Assembly (NCBI GenBank): GCA_034780895.1
Contig: JAUZTB010000084.1
Location: forward strand, 5,106,715 to 5,163,918
Reading direction: 5' to 3'
Source: Rhynchobatus australiae
Lineage: Eukaryota
Length of the DNA stretch: 57,204 bases
The first letter of the stretch is position 1; every line of letters begins with the position of its first letter. Under the pieces are notes generated by a model, which worked only from the letters and a program-made list of their open reading frames with translations, had not been told where the DNA came from and did no database searches. Positions 13,290 through 24,690 of this stretch are shown here, one piece after another. The translations under genes and the position numbers were made by a program.

Positions 13290-15520
13290 GTATATTCCTC
13301 TAGGCTTTCTGTATTAAGGTCTTGCTCTCTGATATATTATTCCTTTTTTTTAACCTTAACCTATCCTTCATGTCCCCAGTCATCCAGGGGCTGCTAGAAC
13401 TGGCACTCTCACTTTTCTTGATGGGAACATGTTACCTTTGACCTGTTCTTCTTGCATGTTTCCCACTGCTGAGACTGATTTAGTTTGAAGTAATTGGTTA
13501 TAGTCCAATTTCCCTCCATCACATCTCATTTGAGTAAATTTGGCCTTGTTCCAATTTAGTCTGTTTTATCCTTGTCATTTTCTATGACTGTTTTAAATCT
13601 TACTGAATTATGATCACCATCACAGAAATACTCTTCCACAAATATTCCTTCTATCACTCAGTTTTATTCCTTAAAACTAAATCCAGAATTGCCCCCATTC
13701 TTGCTGGACTTGTACATGTGGCTAAAAATAGTTCTCCTGAATGCATTTTAAGAATTCTAGGCCTTCTATACTTTCCATGTGGAACTTTATTTGTCATTTA
13801 ATATTAGCATAATTGAACCCATTATTACAACCCTAACACTTTTGCACTGGTCATAAATGTGCCTGCAAGTTTCCCATTCCATCTATCTCAGATTGTCTAA
13901 TAGTGCATTCCCAACAGTATGAGTGTCCCTTTTTTTTTGATAAGCCTTCCAAAATGTGTGGTCCCTCCTCAGAGCTGTGATTGTTTATTTAACCAATGTT
14001 GTCATCCCCTTTGTTTTTTTCTATCTTATCTGAAAATCCAGTGGTAGGAATGTGAAGCTGCCAGACCTGCCCCTTCCACATTTCCAGAGTAGCTATAATG
14101 CCAAACTTCTGTGTGCCTTAACTCATCTGTATTCTTCAATCTATGCCTTGCATTTAGGTATATACTCTTAAGCACAACCATGTACCTATTTTGGCTATTT
14201 TTTTTAACCTTTTGTTTTCTCTGCATTTCAAACTTCCTCATTAATTTTCTGCCTACCATTTCCAGTTCTGCTTTTCTCCCTTCAGAATCTTTGCTGAGCT
14301 TCTTGTAATCCTGCCAAGCTGGCTTAAAACCTCCTCAGTTGCACTGGCAGTTCTTGGTACAGGCCCTACTGAAGTGCATCCCATCCAGACTGTAGAGATT
14401 CCACCTTTCCCAGAACTAGTCAGAATATCTTAAAGCCGTCCCTCTTTCACCATCTCTCCAGCCATGCATTCACTTGCACTATCCTCCTATTTCTGTGCTC
14501 ACAGGTGTGTTGTGCCACGAGTAATCTACAGATCATTACAGTTTGAGACCCTACTTCTTAACTCCTTAAAATCAGACTGCAGAACTTCATGCCATGTTCT
14601 CCCTATGTTGGTACTAATTGGCAGTGCAGGGGCACGGCCAGTAGAATGGCTGCCTCACAGCTCCATTAACCTGGATGCTGTCTGTATAGAGTTTGCACTT
14701 TCTCCTTGTGATTGTGTAGCTTCATTCCAAAGACAAGCAGGTTGCTAAGCTAATTGGCCATTATAAATTGCCCTTGGTGTAGCTGGGTGGTAGAATCTGG
14801 TGGAAGTGGATAGAAATGTGTGAAAATGTGTGGGGGGAATGGGATTGCTCTGTCAACTGGCATAGACTCGATTGGTTAAAATGGTCTCCTAAGTCATGTG
14901 GAAATGTGAAACATGAGTTATGACCTCTGGCTGCTTAGCCTCTCCCTCCAGAATGTTCTGCAGCCACTTGGTGATGTCCTCGAACCAGTTAATAGGGAGG
15001 TAGGGGTCAATCCTGGAGACACAACTTCCTCACAGAACTGCCTCCTGTAACTATGTAATCCCATATCACTTCCCTGACTTGACCTTTCTCCTCCCTTTCT
15101 ATTTGGCAGACCTGCCCACAACATACTGGCTGTGACTGTACTCCCCAGGAGACCCTCTTTACCCCATCAGTATTTGGAATTGAACAGTGGGTTACAGGGG
15201 GCAAGGTGCCCCCTGTGGTCTCCTTTACTACCTGTCTTCTTTTATTTCTGTCTGGGGGTCATCCATTCCCTCTCTGACTATACTATCTCAAGCTGTGGTC
15301 AAATACTTTATGAAACACATTCTCCATGAAACACCCAGCCTCATGAATGGTCTGCAGTGACATGAGCTGTTGCTTAAGCTCCAAGTTCCAGATTTGAGCT
15401 CCTTCATCTCGTATCCTGTATAACAAAAGGTACAGATACTTCCTGTTCAGGACAGTAGACGCATTCTGGAGTTTCCCACCTGGTACAAGGTGTACATTCC
15501 TCGGGTCTTGAGTGTCCTGC
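13290..15520 (-). mobile_element. Degenerate CR1 LINE, 5'/endonuclease region, interrupted by a SINE
   Basis: LKSIYLNAR..DELR (APE endonuclease N-terminal motif) in ORF 14026-14259. Flanking sequence is decayed CR1-like. Confidence 0.65.
14628..14890 (+). mobile_element. V-SINE (HE1-like tRNA-derived SINE)
   Basis: ggcacggc..gctgcctcacagctcc..tgtctgtatagagtttgcac..taattggccattataaattgccc. Confidence 0.8.
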
Positions 15521-15899
15521 TGTGCTTCTTTCTGGTTAGGTTAGCTCACTAATGCAGAAACCTGAATAATTTGTCCTCCTGTGAGTGCCTCCCATAGTTG
15601 AATATCCTTCCAATCACTGCTATCAATTCCCAAGCCACAAGCCAGTACTACTGGGGAAGGGATTGAAGGTGTAAGAAGCTGCTAACAAATCTTGAAGACA
15701 TCCCCACCTCAATTCAAAGGGAGTTCAAGGTTGGGGCAATTGCAAGAGCAGCTTTGCCCCCCCCCCCCACACATGGTTTGGTCAGGTGGGGCAGGGTTGC
15801 TGGGGGTGGAGAGGTGGCGCGGGGAGTGCATGAGTATGGGAATAAAACAAGGTTCATTGTGACTTGTGCTGTTCCTCACAGAATTGAACATTACCCATA

Positions 15900-16200
15900 G
15901 GCTGATACTCCCTGTGCAGCCCTGTAGGTGTGCTGTACTGTCAAAGGGGCTGTCTTTCATATAAGCCATTGAGAGGTTCTCTGTTTGCTCTCTCAGGTGA
16001 AGGAGCAGCTGAGCTTTATCTGATTTTCTAACCAAATGTATCCTTTACCCAACCCCATTTGAAAACATCACCTGGACATTGATTCCAGTGGGATCTTGCT
16101 GTATTGAAATTAGCTGCTGCAATTCCTGTACTCTAAGATTGTCACCATTTCATACAAATTATCTCATTAGATATAAAGTGCTTTGGGGCTGTGGGGAGTG
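15900..16200 (+). mobile_element. DeuSINE-type fragment
   Basis: gctgtactgtcaaaggggctgtctttca..ctctcaggtg..gtgggatcttgctgt. Confidence 0.55.
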
Positions 16201-16779
16201 AAAAAATGTGAGTTCCATAATTTTCATTCCACATTTTTTGTTAAATTCCCAGCTGTGCATCACTGACTGCCCCCTAAGCACCTGAGTGTCTCGATATATT
16301 CATCTCTGATGGGAAATCAGTGCAACCAGGATAACTGAGGAGATGTCTTTCAGACTGCTGTCAATATGCAGGTGAGATCAGAGTAAACATTTAGAGTTCT
16401 TGATTGCATGCTGTGGTACATTTCTCCACCAGACCTTCAGGAGAAGCTCTCAATGCTGTTACTGTTCTGAAATGGTTTAAGTTTTCTGTTAACTATTAGT
16501 CTGCTAAAGGTAACGGTCAGACAATTGTATGAAGCTTGTGTTACACCATCTCCACTACCCACCTAGCCTCTTCCCCCTTGATATTACTGACGAGCAAGCA
16601 GTGTAATGCATGGTCTACAGCTCCCAAGAGAGAGGAATCATTTCACTTTGCCCTTAATGCATTGTACGCATACAGGAATGATACTCAACACCTACTGGAG
16701 AGGTGCAAACGGTTTGCATTGCATGTTAAGCACTTGTATATACAGGAGACACAAAGAACGTAATACTGGCTGGAGAGCA

Positions 16780-17235
16780 CCATTGCTGTCTCAGTGGAGT
16801 TTTCATGTTCTCCCTGTGACCACTTGGGTTTCCTCCGGGTGCTCCAGTTTTCTCCCACATCCCAAAGACATCATAGAGGTGTACAGGATGGAAAACAGGC
16901 CCTTTGACCCAACTCACGGGCAGCACGGTGGTGCAGCTAGTGGAGGCACTGCCTCACCGCACCAGAGTCCAGTGTTCAATCCAGACCTCTGTCTGTATAG
17001 AGTTTGTGCGTTCTCTCTGTGACTGTGTGGGTTTCTCCGGGTGCCCCGGCTTCCTCACACATCCCAAAGGCATGCAGATTAGTTGGTTAATTGGCCACTA
17101 TAAATTTTTAGGTGAGTGGTAGAGTCTGGAGGGAGTAGATGAGAATGTGGGGAGAATAAAACAGGTTAGTGAAAATGGATGGTTGATAGTGCAGACATGA
17201 TGGGCTGAAGGGCCTGTTTCCATTACTGTATTTCC
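16780..17235 (+). mobile_element. V-SINE (HE1-like): a partial copy plus a full copy starting near 16918
   Basis: ggcagcacggtggtgcagctag (A-box-like), gttcaatcc (B-box-like), V-domain gggtttctccgggtgccccggcttcctcacacatcccaaag, CR1-like tail gggctgaagggcctgtttc. Confidence 0.9.
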
Positions 17236-17614
17236 TCATGTCTGTGGCTATTTCATTATTTGAGGAATGTCCACGTATCCTTTCCTTTGTACCTTTTCCA
17301 TCCCGCTTTACCCGTACAATAACTTGCAGGGTTAACCACGGCTGGCCCCCCTACTGCTTCATTACAAAGGGGAACATCAGTTGATCCATGTCCTGGTCAC
17401 TTGAATTTACCAACCAGGCAGCCAATCAACGACCTGTTAAAGGGACTTCCTATTAATGGGGTCATCTGTTAAATGGATCATCCATTAATGAAACTGCCAG
17501 GTAATTAATTAATCTACAGTCTATTAAAGAGATTTTCATCTACTGAACCAAAATATTTAATGAAGTTTTTTTCCCTCATCCTGGTGCATTTGCCCATTTC
17601 AGGTCAGTGTTTCA

Positions 17615-17908
17615 TTCAGCCCATCAAGCCTATGCCATCTGTTAGGGCAAACCCATTCCCTGCCCCTTTCCCTGCAACCTACTCATTCTCACATGTTCCT
17701 TCCATTTCTCTTACCACCCACCTACAACTGGGATAACTTACGATAGCCAACTAACCTATAAGCCAGCTGTCTTTCAGATGTGGGAGGAAACCCACACAGT
17801 CGCAGAGAGAACATGCAAACTCCACACAGGCAGCGCCAGAGATCAGGTTCGAACCCGGGTCACAGGACCTGTGAGGTGGTTAGTGCTGTTTCTGCCACAG
17901 TGCTGCCC
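17615..17908 (-). mobile_element. V-SINE (HE1-like)
   Basis: gatgtgggaggaaacccacacagtcgcagagagaacatgcaaactccacacag..ggttcgaacccgggtc. Confidence 0.85.
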
Positions 17909-18189
17909 ATAGACGATATATGTCATTAACTATAAAGGAGTGTCTTAAAAATTATTTTCTTAAACTTCAAACCAAGCAATTATTGTTTTAATGAGCTGTG
18001 GTTTTGTTAGAAGCCAGGAGTTGAATTTCTTTTTGTACCACGCCAGTTTTGAAATGATTCATCTTGAGTATGCCTGAGTAGTTCATAGTGGTATAACTAT
18101 TCTGTGGTGTTGACTTGAGTTACTAAGGCCATTGATCCCTTCCCCTCAAGTTATACTTCTAAGGAGCCATTCCATATCAGCTATTCACA

Positions 18190-18560
18190 GGAAGTGGGCA
18201 TCATTGGTAAGCTCATCATTTATTGCCATTTAATTTCCTTCAGAAGGTGACAGTGAGCCACCTTCTTGAACTGCTGCAGTTTTATTTGCTGAAGTGCTGT
18301 GCTTTTGGTTGGGGAATTCCAGGATTCTGACCCTGTGAAGCAACAGGCGATATATCCCAAGCCGGGATGGTGTCAGTGTTTTGGAGAAGAACTGAGGTGA
18401 CGGTGTTTCAATGATCTGATGCTCATGCTGTTATCACTGGTAGAGGTTATGGTTTGGGGGTGTACAGTTAATGAAGCCCTGGCAGGTTATTACAATAATC
18501 CTGCTGAAAAGCCAACTGCAGCCAGAGGTATTTTAGGTAGTGGATGGAATGATAGTTCTG
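18190..18560. mobile_element. Interspersed LINE-derived repeat, same family as 36820-37560 and 42730-42970
   Basis: Shared text: gagccaccttcttgaactgctgcag..ggaattccaggattctgaccc..atatcccaagccgggatggtgt. Confidence 0.65.
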
Positions 18561-19874
18561 GCTCCCAGTGAAACCTATATCTGAAATCTTGCAAAATGCC
18601 TTTTAAAATCTTGAGTAGAATTTTTTTTTCCATGACTCAGTGAGACAGTGTCGGGGTTTAATCGGTCCACCGGCAGCCCAACAGGGAACTGTGTCTGACA
18701 TTCACATCAAGGGTAGTGAGTGAGATGCTGAGTAATGGTTTAAATGAATGGAATGTAAATGGAATCATTACAGTACTGAAGAAGGCACTTGGGTTATTGG
18801 GCCTGTACCAGTTCTGTCAGGTTGTCCAGTCCATCTCACTGTCCCACCTTCCCTATAGCCCTGATTTTGTTCATAACCTTCAGATGTTTATCCAATATCT
18901 ATTGAAAACCACAAATGAATCCTCCGTGCATTCAGGCAGTGTGACAGAGATCTTGGCCTCCTACTGCTTCAAAGCTTTCCCTCTTAACAGCTTCTAGATC
19001 TTTTGCCAATCACTTTAAACCTGCTCCCTCCGGTCCCCTTGCTAATGATAACAGTGTTTGCTTAACATAACAAGCAAGAGTAGGAGTTGGGTAGTTAGAT
19101 TACCCCTCCAACCGAGGAGGCATGAAAATTGAAAATTAAAGGACACAAATATTTAGTCGACAGGTACTATATGCAATCAAAGGATGCAAATGAAATATTG
19201 TCCTTAATTCATGGAATCCTAAGGCCAGAAAGTGATGCATCTATCCTATCTGGAGTAACACATTCAGTCTGGGCAATACCTCAGGAAGGAGAGAGTGGCG
19301 TGGGTGCAATGCTGATTCACCAAAACAATACCCGCTCTCAAAGTGTTAAGTGTCCCTTGAATTTAGCTTGCACAATTTTTTTTATTTGGTAGATTGATGG
19401 TGTGATCTGATTGTTGGATTTAAACATTATAAGAATTTGAGGCAGAATATGAGAAACTATTTTCTCAGGTGGTGCACTGAGCAGGGAAGTTGGGTGGGCT
19501 GGGAACTGGTGTGAGATGATTGGAGGAAAAGGTACAGAGTCTGGAATGTAGAAACACAGTCTNNNNNNNNNNAAAACTAGGGCCATGCTGTTCAAGAGAG
19601 CAATCAGTAAACCTTTTAAAGCAAAGATCAGTGAAATCTTGAACTCCAAGACATGCTGTGAGGGTTATGGTTCACATTTGGGCTGAGGTAGATAGATGTT
19701 AGTTGGGTAGGAGTGTTAAGAAATTGATATCTAGAGCAGCTATAATCTGATTGTACTTTGGAGCAGGGATAGAGGATCTGAATGTTTTCCGCCACTCTCT
19801 AACCACCCCAAGACTATTAGGTAGCCTGCACTTATCAGGAAGCATCTACACCAGGCAGATTTAAGTTTTGACAT

Positions 19875-19880
19875 TTTATT
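19875..19880 (-). terminator. Candidate poly(A) signal (AATAAA) of the INSM-family gene
   Basis: tttatt on the + strand, at the end of an AT-rich 3'UTR-like stretch (19880-20216) containing overlapping ATTTA elements near 20126-20140. Confidence 0.6.
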
Positions 19881-20451
19881 TAAAATATCTCAGAAACAAA
19901 CAACATCTAAATGAAAGCTGCCACAAGTGACAAATGCTCCTTCGCAACAGTAAGAGAATATAATTGTATTTTCAGGCACGTGTCAGTTTTAGTTGTTGAG
20001 AAAAATACAGAGTTCAGCCGTACAATCACCTTACCCATCCCCAGCATGATATCCAAAAAAAAGTCTATAAACACTTGCAGTAGTTCTTGTACAAAAAGTT
20101 CTATATATATAATTAACCAAAAAATATAAATAAATAATATAATTTATACTTGTCTGTAACCATTACAGTATTGCAAAGAAACTGAGGCTGATGAATCCTT
20201 TTTTTTTCTCCTCTCGNNNNNNNNNNNNNNNNNNNNNNNNNNNNNNNNNNNNNNNNNNNNNNNNNNNNNNNNNNNNNNNNNNNNNNNNNNNNNNNNNNNN
20301 NNNNNNNNNNNNNNNNNNNNNNNNNNNNNNNNNNNNNNNNNNNNNNNNNNNNNNNNNNNNNNNNNNNNNNNNNNNNNNNNNNNNNNNNNNNNNNNNNNNN
20401 NNNNNNNNNNNNNNNNNNNNNNNNNNNNNNNNNNNNNNNNNNNNNNNNNNN

Positions 20452-21543
20452 TGGGCAAGGGATGTAGGACGTCTCGGGGCCTGGTTGGACCGGGACGTCC
20501 TCAGCCGCAGCAAAAGTGAGCCGAAGTCCATGTTGAGGGGGGGCAGAAGAGATGACACCTGGTTTCTCGAGCTCAGCTGTGGGTGGTTGGAGGAACTGCT
20601 GACTTCCAGGCAAGAGCACCGGAGGCCGGTGAGTGGCCATGTGTTTCCGAAGGTAGGCTTGCCGCCGGAACTTCTTCCCACAGAGCGGGCAGTCAAACAT
20701 GTCATCTTCGGGGCTGGGATAATCGCAGGATTGAGGTGAGGAATTGCAGCTCTCCCGCTGGCTCTCGGCTTTGGTTTTACTCTTGCTGCTGTCTTTGGCC
20801 ACCTCCTGGCCCTGGAGGCTTCCAGGGTTCTTAGGCTTGTGCCAGCGGCAATGAGACGCTAGGTTTGCAGGGCAGCTAAACACCTTGTCACACTCAGTGC
20901 AGCGGTACTCCACTCGGACGATCCTGGAACACCTGTGCTGAGCCAGCGACAGGGCGTCTGCATACTCCTCCTTGCACAGTTGGCAGATGAACTCTCCCAG
21001 AGGCTGCCCAGAAACCTTCGGTTGCGGATAGTCCATCAGCTCTTTGGTGATTCTCAGCCCCAGGACCGGTGAAGTGGTCACCTCATCTCGATAGGTCTTC
21101 CTCTCCGTCCTGGGCCTTTTCCCGTGGGCTTTGGCTTTGGCCGCTGGCAGCTGCCTCTTGACTGCTTGGATAGGGGTGCAGTTCGAACCCATCTCCACCT
21201 CCTCATCCGACACAGAGGCCACGAAAACTGCCCGTCCCAGCGAGGATGCCAGGGTCGACGGGCTGGGGAAAGACTCTGCCAAGACTGGCGAGCTGGAGTT
21301 GACTGGCCTGCCTGGGGAGCCGGGCTGTCCACTCTCTGGTCTGTCGGGGCTGCGGGACGGCGCACAGGGGGAATCGGGCATCCCGTAGCAGGCAGACCTG
21401 GTGGCAGCTGAGGAGGCGGCTGCAGGAGGGCCCCACAAAGAGGGTGATGCTTCCGTGAAGCTCTGTCCTTCTTCGACGCTGCGCACCCTGTAGGAGACAG
21501 GGGCGGCTCTGTTAGTCCTCTTCACCAGGAACCCTCGGGGCAT
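20452..21543 (-). CDS. INSM-family (insulinoma-associated) SNAG + C2H2 zinc-finger transcription factor, single exon as far as visible; 3' end in gap 20217-20451; paralogue identity unresolved
   Basis: N-terminal SNAG MPRGFLVKR. INSM motifs PVSYRVR, SSPVLAESFP and DEVTTSPVLGL. ZF1/2 GEFICQLCKEEYAD..LAQHRCSRIVRVEYRCTECDKVFSCPANLASHCRWHKP and ZF3 FDCPLCGKKFRRQAYLRKHMATH. The 364 readable codons end at IPCP, the start of the next finger. Confidence 0.96.
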
Positions 21544-21719
21544 CTCGGCTCAGCAAGTTCTCTGACAGGTGTGTCCTGTCGAGCAGAGAGGAAGAGAGAG
21601 AAACCCCCCCAACAGTCTGCAAGCAAGCTCCTTGATCCTAAAGGCTGCAAGGACGAGGGAAGAGAGTGCACTAAGCAGCAGTCTCCCCCACTTAGAACTG
21701 ATCGGTTGCAGCACTGCTC

Positions 21720-21960
21720 GGGCTATTTAAAGGCTACACAATCCCATTGTCTGGTCCATCTCAAGCAGATGGCTTGGGATGAAGAACCAATCAGACAAAG
21801 AGCGTAATCTGATCCAAGAGGGACTGACGAGTCTCCCAGGAGGCGCCAGATGTACCTGTTCTGACGCGTGTTTGCTCCCCATTATGTAAATGACTATAAG
21901 GGTGCCACACGTCCGGCCTGCTCCTTTTGTCCTGCTCCTATTCATAACACACGTGCCGGG
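21720..21960 (-). promoter_or_regulatory. Proximal promoter of the INSM-family gene
   Basis: TATA-like TTTAAATA (21724-21731, minus) about 180 bp upstream of the ATG. CAGATG/CATCTG E-boxes at 21766-21771 and 21847-21852, CCAAT at 21787-21791, ATGTAAAT at 21884-21891, CACGTG at 21950-21955. CpG-rich and repeat-free. Confidence 0.65.
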
Positions 21961-22180
21961 GCTTTGTCCTAATTCAATAGAGGCAGCGAAATAAAGAGAG
22001 AGCGAGAAGGGGCCTCCTCCTGGGGGGGAGGGGGGGGTGCATAGAGAGAGGTCCCTTAATGTCTCCAAGCGTGCTTGATCCATCTTGGCCGGCTCTTTTG
22101 TTTGCAGCAGATCAGACTTGAGACCTCGGGCCGTCTGATTCACACAAAGCCGAGTGCAGTGGAGGGGGGTGGGGGGGAGC

Positions 22181-22207
22181 AGAGAGAGAGAGAGAGAGAG
22201 AGAGAGA
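22181..22207 (+). repeat. (AG)n microsatellite heading a purine-rich tract that runs to about 22870
   Basis: Direct observation. Confidence 0.9.
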
Positions 22208-24349
22208 AATGTGAGGAGAGGGGGAAGAGATGCTAAATAAAGTGAGGAAAGAGATGGTGAAAACGAGTGAAGTTGACCAAGGAAAGAAAGAGAAAGAAAA
22301 TGGACAGATGAAATGAGGATTTTGTATAAACCATCAAACATACAGGTATTTGAAGCACTAATGGAAAACTAAAGCTCCCTAATAACGGCAGAACAGCCCA
22401 TAGACCATAAAACAGCTTAATGACCAATACATAACTTTCATTGATGTCTCACTGTGATACTGCTGGTAAACTTGCAGCAAATCACGTAGTTCAACCATTT
22501 GAGTATACAATTATTACTTCTGTACTGCATGAGACACAGCAAGAGAAGGAGAGCAAGACCGACAGAAAGAGACAGAGGAAAGAAAGATTGGGAGGGGAAA
22601 AAGAAACAGACTGACAAAGGGAGTGAAGAATTAGTGGAGCAACAACCTGACAGAGTAAAAGAGAGAGTGAGAGGCACAGACTAGGAACGAGAGAGGTAGA
22701 GTCAAAAACTGACAGGAAAGACAAGTATGCAAGAAGGAAATAGCTATACAGAGAGTGTGAGAGCATGAGAGGGAAAGGAAAAGGATGGAAAGAAAGTGGA
22801 AAAGAAAGCAATAACAAGCAAAGACTAGCAAATACACAGTGAGAGAGGAACAAATGAAAAAATATTTTTTATTATCAATGTAAGGGCCTTGAAATGATAG
22901 TATATTTGTGAAAAGGTTATGCTTACTATATGTGTCCTTTGCAATAAGTGAAACTAAAATCATATCTTGAAATTATTATTGAAGAAATTAGCAGGAGACA
23001 CTGCACATTTTTCAGAGATCTCAACCTGCCTTCTTAAAGAGACTGTTAATGTTGTGTTAATGTGTTCACTTTACCAACAAACATACTGCATGTCATAGAA
23101 ATGCACATGCACTTACTCTGTGGCAATAACTTAACAGTGGCTATATTTTTATATTCAATGTTATTCTGCTGGGCAAGTGTTAGAAAATTAATTCTTGTTA
23201 AAAACCATAAACAGCACCTTCTTGAAGTTTGAACAGATACCAAAAAAGAACTTGCATAAATGTTTCATTTCATTGCTGCCTCTGAGTGTAACGAAGCTAC
23301 ATACAAATAACATCAGATATTTTTTGTTTGGGAATCAAATACTGACAAAATCAGGAATGAATTTGTGGAATTCTGGGCTTGACATGATATTGAATGTTTC
23401 TTCCACTGCCTCTGTGTCCATTTCTATGACCAGGAGTCTTCGCCACTCTCTGCAGATCCTTTCTCTTACTTCCAGAATTCCCAAACCACCTGGGCCCTTC
23501 TCTCTGGCCTCTTACCCTCTCTAGATCTATTCATTGCTAGCAACCAGTGGGACATTGCCTTGATTTTCCTTCACTCATTCTAACCTACCCCTTCTGAACT
23601 TGCAGCACTTCATTCACTAAGAACCAATCCTAACATTGTCATCAAACCNNNNNNNNNNNNNNNNNNNNNNNNNNNNNNNNNNNNNNNNNNNNNNNNNNNN
23701 NNNNNNNNNNNNNNNNNNNNNNNNNNNNNNNNNNNNNNNNNNNNNNNNGCAAATACACAGTGAGAGAGGAAAAAATGAAAAAATATTTTTTTAAATGCCA
23801 GCAAAGATATTTGTCAAACTTTGGATAGGTTTTTAAAAACCAATTTAAATTAATCACTAGTGTCCCGTTAAAATTCATAACTCATATTGAACTGTGTCCC
23901 AAATAAATGAGTAATTAGCCTTTCCATTTATCATTTCTATTTGGCATCTACTTTGTGGGATGCATCAGCAATAAGGAACGGACTTTCAGTTTCCCCATGT
24001 AAACCTTTCCAACTTTGTCCCTCGGTTCATCCTGCTCACTCACTTCCACACCCTTTCTGTGGATTTTCATCCCTGGACCAGCCAGTGTCCCTCATCCCAT
24101 CAAGGATGCAAATGTGTAGACAATTTGTGGGTTGAGCGAGAATCTTTTTCAAAACTCTGGTATGGCTGCTGATGTTCAAACCATCAGTGTCTGCTTTCAC
24201 AGACTGAATTGCATAAATTAGATCAGGTCCTAAGCCCAAAAACGTAAATGAAAAATGTTTTTATATTTGGATTGAAATAACTTGTATTTCATGATTGCAG
24301 CCTGACCCAGCTCCCTACACAGGTAAATCAACAGTGCTTTAAGGTCCTA

Positions 24350-24520
24350 GCAAACTCCTGCAAACAGCACAAACATAATGATCACCTGATAAATATCGGG
24401 CCAAGATCCAGGGGAACTTGCCTGGTCTTTCACATAGTGGCCATGGGATCCCTGTGAGACAGCAGCTAACAGGTGTCAATTTAAGGTCACGGCTTAAAGA
24501 TGGCACCTCTAACAGTGCAG
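24350..24520 (-). mobile_element. DeuSINE-type fragment
   Basis: gataaatatcgggccaagatccaggggaac..atagtggccatgggatc..aaagatggcacctctaacagtgcagcac. Confidence 0.65.
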
Positions 24521-24690
24521 CACAGCCTCCCTCCTCGTCAGTGCGGCACTGTCCTGGTACAGCCTCCCTCACCGTCTGTGCGGAACTGCCCCGGTTACAG
24601 CCCCCCCTCTCCGTCAGTGTGTGAGACGTTGCCCCGGTACAGCCTCGACACAGCCCCCCCCACTCCTCCCTCCACTCTGTCAGTGCGGCC
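24520..24690 (+). repeat. Minisatellite, unit about 38-42 bp, running into a gap
   Basis: Tandem acagcctccctc(c/a)ccgtc(a/t)gtg(c/t)g..tgcc(c)cggt units. Confidence 0.8.

Noticed and set aside
16918-16990. tRNA-like A/B boxes (also at 49031 and 30312)
   Set aside because: These are heads of tRNA-derived V-SINEs continuing into the SINE body, not tRNA genes.
20113-20216. C-terminal tail RGEKKRIHQ..LFIFFG of the 476-aa ORF
   Set aside because: Artefact of translating through Ns. The sequence is AT-rich 3'UTR-like and does not resemble INSM C-termini.
21727-22341. 204-aa ORF upstream of INSM
   Set aside because: Translation of promoter and GA-rich low-complexity sequence; no domain.
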